Of a DNA stretch of 64,000 nt, positions 54,879 to 64,000 are shown piece by piece. The DNA is from Phoronis australis (Eukaryota > Animalia > Phoronida). Position 1 is the stretch's first letter. Every line of letters starts with the position of its first letter. The position numbers were made by a program, and so were the translations under genes. The stretch lies in the NCBI GenBank assembly GCA_002633005.1, contig NMRA01000083.1, positions 446,896-510,895 of the forward strand, in the 5' to 3' direction. The notes under the pieces are model-generated. The model did not search any database, was not told the DNA's origin, and saw only the letters and a program-made list of their open reading frames with translations.

Positions 54879-55821
54879 CATAAAAATGACCAACCAGGTC
54901 AAATCAGCTTATTTGTTATCAGGTCTAAAACAATAACAATCTCCAGAATTTTCAGTTGATCATTAAAACCAGGACCACAAAACCTTTAAGCTGTGTTTTC
55001 TTTAAACTAAATGGCTGTGCTCTAAATGATCCTAATCCCCAACAATAAACAACTGTCAAATTGAAAACAAGAGTATAAGTGATGACGGCCATTGGAGTAA
55101 TAACTTTCCAGAGCAGATGACCCAAATGAGCAATAATTTGTCACTGATTGGAATATTAAGGTGTTAATTACAGTGTTGTTTCATTCAGTTGTATCGTAGG
55201 TTAATTAACAATTAGAATACTGACCCTAGGGTGAATTTTATCATGGCTGTGAAGATATGACTCAGATCTTGCAAATTACTGGAGTTTTACTGACATCACT
55301 GGCATTTTAACTGGCCTCCAATATTAAGCCTAATTAGTTTTCAATGTGTAACAATCCTGAATATTTTGGAACTAACAAAAATACATCTGTTTCAAAATGT
55401 AGTTTAAAATCACTGATTTCAACGGATCTTGTTCATTTATACCAGGAAACACATACATTGGTTTACTCTACCTGATTAAGCATTCAAGACAGTGTGGGAA
55501 ATCTTGGACTTGCGTCAGTACCAGATACTTCGAGATGATGAGATAGCGAAATGAGCTCATGAAAATTTCTCATTCTATGCCTAAAATGTATTTTGCCAAC
55601 AAGTCCAGATGGAAGACTTAAACACAATAGAGACCAAGGTTTGAATCCAGCCAAGACCTTGTAAGCCTGATCAGGAATTTGAAGGACGCAGGGGGCACGT
55701 TCCGTAGACGCAAGACACAGGGCACTATAAAGCAGTGGGATCACTACTCTGTTTGTTATGCAAATGAAGTTATCTCGCAGTTATGCCCTTACATTTTCAA
55801 TTGTGTCTAGCCTTTATAAGC

Positions 55822-57091
55822 AGAAACAGGTTCTCAAATTCAGAGAATTTCACTGTATTGGGAGAATTTCACCATGTCAGGAGAATTTCACAGGATTAAA
55901 ACTGCATAAATCTTCCGATCGGGATAATTTCTTTTCACGTACTTGAAAATTAATACGGTATATGTTATTCCCAGAAAAATTGATTTAGTCAATAGTGAAT
56001 TTTGGTTTAAAGGGACACTTCACAAAGTGCCGAGACTAAGTTACTAAATTTGATTGTAGAGTATTGTTTATTATTTTAACCATATATTAATAAAGCATAA
56101 AAATATTTCCAGGTGATCAGTGAAATGGGCCCACATGCGAGGCCTGCGCACGTCTGGTACAACGTGTATCAGACCGCCTGCAATTATTTTTTTTATTGTT
56201 TATTATCTCCTGTGGTTGTTGATTTACAATACAGTTAGGTTATTGTCTTCAGAACATTACAGCGTTCTGTTGTTCAGTAACTTTTCCAGACTTGTGAGGG
56301 GTGCTGTCAAGGTGCGATAACATCTGGCTCTTTTGTTAACTGCCCAGCTCAGTCTTTTGTCCTGTATGATAACAAGCAGGCCAATTATCTCCCAGGCTTC
56401 AATGGAAACCTATGGTGGTTGCACACTATTACCGAACGCGTATGAACACAGTCAAACCCATTGCATTGGTAATCCGTTCGTTTGGACAGAATAGATTGTC
56501 TTAACTTCTATTCTAGTTGGGCGATTTTGGTGATTCAAAAACGGAACATGATCAGCATTTGACAAGGAATTCAGAAATGCTATTGGTTTAACCTCAAATA
56601 TGTTATAACTTAACTTTCATTTTTATCAGCCCAGCCCAGTCAGGCTAGATACGACCTGATCGAAGATTAGAGCAATTATCGAACAAAAGAGCGCAGGCCC
56701 TCCAACCATAAATGTCAGAATGGAGTTAATCAGTCATGTAAGATATTGGCTACAGGGATAAACTTCCCAACTTGTTGTTGGGCTATAGAATCGGACAAGT
56801 TGGGAGCAACGGGATGTCGCCGTCATGAAGAGCTGAAAAGAAATGATCAGTCTGACAAACCAAACTGACCTGGTCAAATTTCTGTACCCACGGTCAACAC
56901 TAGTAATTTTTCGTACTCTATTCAATGGCGTCAATCTTGAATTTCCTTGATAGGATGCTTTTTCCCCTGGACACTTTGTTAAATTCATTACCCCAATTGG
57001 GAGAAACTCTTCTGATGAAGAGAACCATTTTCTCCCAATTGGAAGAATTCACCTATCGAGAGAAATTCTCCTAATTTGAGAACCTGCTTCT
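55822..57091. mobile_element. TIR-bounded composite segment, about 1.27 kb, with GGAGAA subterminal repeats
   Basis: agaaacaggttctcaaatt vs aatttgagaacctgcttct (18/19); hairpin ccaattgggagaaa / tttctcccaattgg at 56993-57042; no TSD seen. Confidence 0.6.
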
Positions 57092-60000
57092 ACTGTCTTT
57101 ACAGAACACAAACCTGTTCAACTTCTTTGATATTGGTAGTACAGAGATATTCCTGACCTGGTTTGGGGCGCACCTGTTGATAAAAAGTGTGCCTTTTTTC
57201 AAAAGGTTGTGCCCAGCAGAGTTTGTATAATTAAAGTGGTAATATCTGAAACAGAAACCCCAATGGGAATCGAAATAAGAACCGAGTCCTGTTTTACCCA
57301 ATTGACAGCCAAGCTGACTTAGTTCGGAACCTTGCATGTTTGGAAGAGCATGCTATGAATAATACGCTTAGAAGGAAGTCACGCATTTCTAAAGAGGCGG
57401 TAAACCATTCTCCTGAGTGGCTTTTACTGGGATCAAAGAGAGCGCGGCGCCAGAGTCAGATACAGTTATCTGGTGCGAGCAAGCGACCCAATTAAGTGTA
57501 ATTATACACAACCATAAACTGTAGTAACGGTAAGGGAAAAACAAGGAGAAAGAAATATTAAAAATGAAACAAAAAAAAAAACGGTATGAAACATGTTTAA
57601 AACCATCGTTCCTTTGGGAAGTGGCCCTTTGTCAAGATATCAAAACACAAATTAACTAACCAAATTAAAACTACTCTCCACATTTGCAGGCTGTAACCCT
57701 GTGCAAACATGACTGCCAGATAAAACCAATTTGGGTATAATAACAACCACCATCGTTGAGACAGTAGTGCTAGTTATTACCTTTCCACTTCAAGTTCATA
57801 GCTCAGATCTACATTAATAGTTGGGTGACTTGCTGAATAGGCATCATAAAATTTATCTGGGGCTAAGGGAATTGGAGCCAAGACCAGTGTAAGCAAGAAA
57901 TTCTCCACATGGTGTTACACTTTAAAAGATGCACCCTGTGGGCACACTACTGCAATGTACTTCAGCCCTTTTATTTTTTTACACGCTAAAGGTGCAAAGG
58001 CGCAGCCCAAGAATATCCCTGGCAGTAGAAGTGTGAATACCTTCTGACACAGCGCCACCTACACTAAAAGTGTCCCTGTGGAAACAATGAACGATACACG
58101 GAATTCCATGTGTGGGCATCAATGCGCATGCTTGGTCGAAAGATTATTGATCACTTCACCACAACTTGCACACACCTTCAATGCCCTGTACTTGTTTGGG
58201 CTTTAGCAACGGTATCTGGCTTCCCTTGATATTGTTTCACTGCCTATTTTCATAATTGCAACTATTCAAGTCAAATTTGGTCGCCAGTAAACTGAAAGGG
58301 GTTCCCAGATTTCAACCAATGAGAATGCCTGAATGTTATGACGTCAGTTTAATTCATTACCTAAACCAATGAAACAACATTCCACAGTGTTCAACCTTTT
58401 GTAGCACTGTGAAAGAGAGTACTCGTAATGTGGCTGTCCACAGACAGTAAAAGGCAGGCCTCCCGTTCAGTAACGCTAGGACCTCACTAAAAAGCAAGAC
58501 TGGCTCGTTAGATTACTCTGAGATATTGCCGTGTATTTCAAATAAGGACATGTGACTTTGGCTAGATTTTAGCTAGGTCCTAGCGTAGATCCTATACCGG
58601 CAGTTAGGCTACTGAACGCACGGAGAGCCTATGACAACTTGCGGACGCACGAGCTCACGCAACGCCTGAGCAAAATCTGATGATTTGGAAGGTGTATCCT
58701 ATACTGACTGAGAGATAACAGTACGATTGACATTGATTTTTCACTGATTAACAGACCCGTTACTGAGTAAATGAAACTGGTCCCTGGTTCTATAAGAGTA
58801 TAAGATCATCAGTGGTGGATTTAGGAGGCCATGGACCCCCGAGCATTCTCTCAGATGATCNGATTAGAACAATTATCAAACAAAAGAGCGCAGGCCCTCC
58901 AACCATAAATGTCAGAATGGAGTTAATCAGTCATGTAAGATATTGGCTACAGGGATAAACGTCCCAACTTGTTGTTGGGCTATAGAATCGGACAAGCTGG
59001 GAGCAACGGGATGTCGCCGTCATGAAGAGCTGAAAAGAGATGATCAGTCTGACAAAACAAACTGACCTGGTCAAATTTCTGTACCCACGGTCAACACTAG
59101 TAATTTTTCGTACTCTATTCAATGGCGTCAATTTTGAATTTCCTTGATAGGATATTTTTTCCCCTGGACACTTTGTTAACTTCATTACCCCAATTGGGAG
59201 AAACTCTTCTGATAAAGAGAACTATTTTCTCCCAATTGGAAGAATTCACCTATCAAGAGAAATTCTCCTACTTTTGAGAACCTGCTTCAACTGTCTTTAC
59301 AGAACACAAACCTTTTCAACTTCTGTGATATTGGTAGTACAGAGATATTCCTGACCTGGTTTGGGGCGCACCTGTTGATAAAAAGTGTGCCTTTTTCAAA
59401 AGGTTGTGCCCAGCAGAGTTTGTGTAATTAAAGTGGTAATATCTGAAACAGAAACCCCAATGGGAATCGAAATAAGAACCGAGCCCTGTTTTACCCGATT
59501 GACAGCCAAGCTGACTTAGTTCGGAACCTTGCATGTTTGGAAGAGCATGCTATGAATAATACGCTTAGAAGGAAGTCACGCATTTCTAAAGAGGCGGTAA
59601 TTTTAACCATTCTCCTGATTGGCTTTTACTGGGATCAAAGAGAGCGCGGCGCCAGAGTCAGATACAGTTATCTGGTGCGAGCATGCGACCCAATTAAGTG
59701 TAATTATACACAACCATAAACTGTAGTAACGGTAAGGGAAAAACAAGGAAAAAAAAATATTCAGTAAAAATGAAACAAAAAAAAACGGTATAATGAAACA
59801 TGTTTAAAACCATCGTTCCTTTGGGAAGTGGCCCTTTGTCAAGATATCAAAACACAAATTAACTAACCAAGTTAAAACTACTCTCCACAGTTGCAGGCTG
59901 TAACCCTGTGCAAACATGACTGCCAGAGAAAACCAATTTGGGTGTAATAACAACCACCATCGACACAGTAGTGCTAGTTATTACCTTTCCACTTCAAGTT

Positions 60001-61057
60001 CATAGCTCAGATCTACATTAATAGTTGGGTGTGCTGAATAGGCATCATAAAATTTATCTGGGGCTAAGGGAATTTGAGCCAAGACCAGTGTAAGCAAGAA
60101 ATGAAATTCTCCACATGGTGTTACACTTTAAAAGATGAACCCTGTGGGCGCACTACTGCAATGTACTTCAGCCCTTTCATTTTTTACGCGCTAATGGTGC
60201 AAAGGCGCAGCCCAAGAATATCCCTGGCAGTAGAAGTGTGAATACCTTCTGACACAGCGCCACCTATACTGAAAAGTGTCCCTGTGGAAACAATGAACGA
60301 TACGTGGAATTCCGTGTGTGGGCATCAATGCGCATGCTTGGTTGAAAGATTATTGATCACTTCACCACGACTTGCACACACCTTCAATGCCCTGTACTTG
60401 TTTGGGCTTTAGCAACGGTATCTGGCTTCCATTGATATTGTTTCACTGCCTATTTTCATAATTGCAACTATTCAAGTCAAATTTGGTCGCCAGTAAACTG
60501 AAAGGGTTTCCCAGATTTCAACCAATGAGAATGCCTCAGTTTCGTTACCTTAACCAATGACTACAACATTCCACAGTGCTCAACCTTTCGTAGCACTGTG
60601 AAAGAGTGTACTCGTAAGGTGGCTGTCCACAGACAGTAAAAGGCAGGCCTCCCGTTCAGTAACGCTAGGACCTCGCTAAAAAGCAAGACTGGCTTCGTTA
60701 GATTATGTGAGATATGATTGCCGTGTATTTCAAATAAGGACATGTGACTTTGGCTAGATTTTAGATAGGTCCTAGCGTAGATCCTATACCGGCAGTTAGG
60801 CTACTGAACGCACGGAGAGCCTATGACAACTTGCGGACGCACGAGCTCACGCAACGCCTGAGCAAAATCTGATGATTTGGAAGGTGTATAATCCTATACT
60901 GACTGAGAGATAACACTAGTATGATTGACATTGATTTTTCACTGATTAACAGACCCGTTACTGAGTAAATGAAACTGGTCCCTGGTTCTATAAGAGTATA
61001 AGATCAGCAGTGGCAGATTTAGGAGGCCATGGACCCCCGAGCATTCTCTCAGATGAT
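56665..61057 (+). repeat. Tandem duplication 4 (56665-58859 / 58862-61057) joined by n58861; probable uncollapsed haplotypes
   Basis: Colinear high-identity copies; junction at the n. Confidence 0.95.
57355..57910 (+). repeat. Older paralog of 42385-42575 plus 43264-43600
   Basis: Shared blocks aataatacgctta, atcaaagagagcg, ataaactgtagt, cggtatgaaacatgtttaaaac, gttcctttgggaagtggccctttgtcaagata, gaccagtgtaag..gaaattctccacat. Confidence 0.9.
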
Positions 61058-61153
61058 GTGGGCAAGGGGTGCGGATGTCTGACGGACAAAATCCTCAGTG
61101 GCCAATACTTTGCCCTGCCCTCCCCCCAATTCAAAATCTTGGATCCGTCCCAG
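61008..61153. mobile_element. Short hAT-like MITE of the CAGTGGCGGATCTAGG...GGATCCGCCCCTG type
   Basis: cagtggcagatttaggagg ... cccccaattcaaaatcttggatccgtcccag; gatcag occurs on both flanks. Confidence 0.7.
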
Positions 61154-62233
61154 TGATCAGGACAGTTCACAATATCTGACCACTCCAGTGACCACGGTGA
61201 ATCTGCAGTGAGTGTTGTAACATAATTATAAAGATTATGAAGGCCTCTCTCAATCACTTGCCTACGCCACGCCGGACATTTTGCTCTTTGTTTGGTCGAC
61301 TGGTAGTAGTTGTAGAAGTTCATTAGAGAACCAGGCAATCACTGAATAACGGGCCCATTATTTAGTTGATGAACTGGTTCTCTAAATCAGGGATCGCTCC
61401 AGTGCCGAAGTTCACGGTTTCAAGTTTTTCAGTGGACAGATGGCTCAACGGTCACTGACGTTATAATCAAAGTTGCCCCGATAACAACGCCAACGGCAAC
61501 ACTAACACCATTTTGACAAGTTTTCCATTTGAGATGTTGATCAACAAGTTTTAGCAAATCAGTTAAAACAGTTACCCCTTTGGTTATCACTGACTGAAAA
61601 TGTTCTGCATTCACCTTTCTCTGGTCACTCTCAGAACTCAGCAGACGACAGCTCCCGCTTATGGAAACTAGACGGCGCTGTGATCATACACTTATTACCT
61701 GTGCACAGAGCGTCGTACGTGGATGTTTTGCACACTCCGCAGGTGAATTTTCACTATCCAGTATCCATTTTCATATTGATAACTGTTGCACTGATCGTCT
61801 TTAAATGCTGACTTAACACTCTTCTTATTCGAATCATAGCAATAGAGACTAAGTCAACTCAAGCTCGCAAAACTGTGTCTGTGCCCGGTTGTGTAGGTCC
61901 ACTCTTTCTCTGACTGAGTCTGACTTCACTTTTCTAGCCAGCTACTCTCAAGTTCCGAATAGTTGTAAAGACAGCAATTATAGTATAGACCGGAAATTTT
62001 CACGATTTCTTATAATATTAGAGACTGCAATAATAGTATAGACACGACATTTTTGCCACCTCAGTTTTATACTAACAATGCGCCAACAAGTAAGGATCGA
62101 TACCAGGATCGTTTGTTCATGATCATGTGTACTGTATACTTATGTATAGGAAGAAAAAGGCTACAAGTGTAGAATAATAGTGTAGACTGGAAATTTGCGA
62201 AAAAATTAATAATAGTATAGAATGGAATCAATG

Positions 62234-64000
62234 CAGGGCTCGACATAACAAGCTGCATGTCGCATTTGCGACCTGAAATTTGGAAATGCGAGCTGAGATT
62301 TTTGTCAGCTCGTATCAAGTCGCTAAATGCGACCTGGAATTTTCAATTTATGCAAGCAGCAGCAAGCTGAGTTTTTACACTTCTCGGGAGATACCTGGCA
62401 GTAGCAAATAAAAAGCCACTCTTGTTAATCCGACTGTTATTTGGTTGTTGCCAAATCCAAGTTCAAAAGAACACCAACCGCTGCCCTCCCGATGACTTGT
62501 GATGGGCTTTGCAGAATCGATCTTTGAGGCGTTTCATGGGCTAACATTTTCGACCACTTTTTCAAATTTCCGGATTCGCCGAAAAAAGTTTGGGGCCACT
62601 GTGTAGCACGTGATAAAACTTCACAAAACAGCGGTGTTTCTTAGTACTAATTCTTAAGCGATCAACTTACCAAACTTTGTGGTGGACAAATACGATTATT
62701 TTTCGTGTAAGATGCCCTTATTACATGTACCAAATATCCACGACAATATCCCTGATATCACACCGCGGCACTGGTTGGTCCCGTTGTTAGCACGTCAGCG
62801 GTTCCGGAAGACAATGGTGACTTAGAGATCGATGTGCGTCTCGTTTTTATCACGTAAGACGGCCAAAGTGAAAACGGCAACCCTATCAATCGCCAAACGG
62901 ACCACCGTAGCCGTAAAATGTTCAGACTCTAATAGAAGCAAACTTGTTCTGGCTGAAGCGAGCACTAAAAAGCAAAATTATTCCGAGTGACTAAAAAGGT
63001 ACAGTGTAGGTGGAAACGATATCCAGAAAGTCACACCTACTAGATGGAGTTTGCCTCGCAAACATTGCGGTCTTTTAATATCTTATTACTGCAAACACTC
63101 GGGTTAGTTAACGACTATGCTCACACTCACGCCAACTCCCTACCTTTGAAGTGTTTCATAATAAGCGCTCACTTATCTACTAAGCGTTCCCCCTCAACTT
63201 TGAGAATTTCCAATTAAGCGTCCAAAGTTCTGGCTAGTGCCCATCATAGCACACTACAAACGACCGCGCGTGGTTTAAAATTGACGCGCAGGCTATATAG
63301 TGTGTCACTCTAATTTTACATCAATTCAGTTTTCAAAAAAAGTCTTTTCTCATTATGAAAAAACAAAATCCCGGCTTGTTGTTTTGTGACTGACATATTT
63401 TTCCCGTACTTGGAAGGTATTGAGAAGCAAACTCGAATTACCCGATGGAATCCCGCACGGAGTCGGGAATTATTTAGAGGCTATTCACATCATGGAAAAT
63501 TAATTGTTGAGTACGTAAACAGCATAAGTGCCACATTTTTGTTGTGAACTGCACTGAATTGTTCCCGCACATCCAAGTACGTCATTCAGTTAGGGCATCG
63601 TTTCACAGATTTTTTTGACAGATGTTTTTCAAACGTCGAGTTAAGTCACAGAATTTGGGCTGCAAACAAAAAGTGGAGGGAATTTACACTCGGAGTTAGT
63701 TTAGATCTTTAACGACTGTGATGACAGCCAGTAGCTGGTCAGACCTAGCAAAATCCCGGATACTTTTTCAATGGGCATTTTCTCCCTTTTCACATCGCAA
63801 GCTTAGCTACTCGGAATGCACGTGTCAGTTAGAGAGCACTGATTCAACTTTCACTTCGGCAACTTGCCTTGCACTCAAGAGCCTTTCAATGGTGGTCGTG
63901 AAGAACAGTAACGCCGTACCCAATGAGCTATATATATTTAATTCTTGTTATATTTATCTCATTGACCGTACCTGCATGAACGACTTGGAACTCAATTTTG
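62234..64000 (-). mobile_element. Inverted, diverged copy of the CAGGGCTCGAC hAT-like element, with a ~790-bp insert (about 62726-63512); runs off the window
   Basis: 62234-62725 matches 54400-54875 and 63513-64000 matches 53975-54400 in reverse complement. Confidence 0.85.
63921..63964. mobile_element. 44-bp micro-MITE with 8-bp TSD (hAT-like)
   Basis: TIR caatgagctatatata / tatatttatctcattg (14/16); flanks gccgtacc / accgtacc; paralogs at about 52200 and 53995 have a single empty site. Confidence 0.8.

Noticed and set aside
55630-55750. tRNA or tRNA-derived SINE (GGTTTGAATCC B-box-like)
   Set aside because: No A-box at proper spacing and no cloverleaf
37139-59719. Paired 'paralogous' ORFs (e.g. 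MVVQVQNEIK, GGGSRHCIV, MQGSELSQ)
   Set aside because: By-products of the n-joined duplications; stops and frameshifts differ between copies, showing no coding constraint
1-64000. ORF-track entries as genes
   Set aside because: All are 152 aa or shorter, many start at TTG/GTG, none has a recognisable domain, and many lie in repeats; expected by chance in eukaryotic non-coding DNA

Overview
AT-rich eukaryotic DNA, most likely an invertebrate metazoan, from a draft assembly with single-'n' joins. I find no credible long CDS, rRNA, tRNA or CRISPR array. The ORF-track entries are short, often start at TTG/GTG, and mostly fall in repeats, so the window reads as intron or intergenic sequence full of non-autonomous DNA transposons (Tc1/mariner-, hAT-, PIF/Harbinger-, Kolobok-, Mutator-like MITEs and Helentron-associated HINEs) and minisatellites. 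The dominant structure is four 1.3-2.2 kb tandem 'duplications', each with a single n between the copies (39317, 45334, 52790, 58861). These are most plausibly uncollapsed haplotypes, and two of them expose insertion polymorphisms. The most interesting real structures are a self-nested stack of HINE elements (28.7-31.7 kb), a near-perfect hairpin with 66/67-bp arms (48678-48817), a 44-bp micro-hAT with an 8-bp TSD (63921-63964), an older local paralogy, a possible DIRS RNase H fossil, and a few unconfirmed minus-strand exon candidates. I cannot support a new protein-coding system. All alignments and identities were judged by eye.
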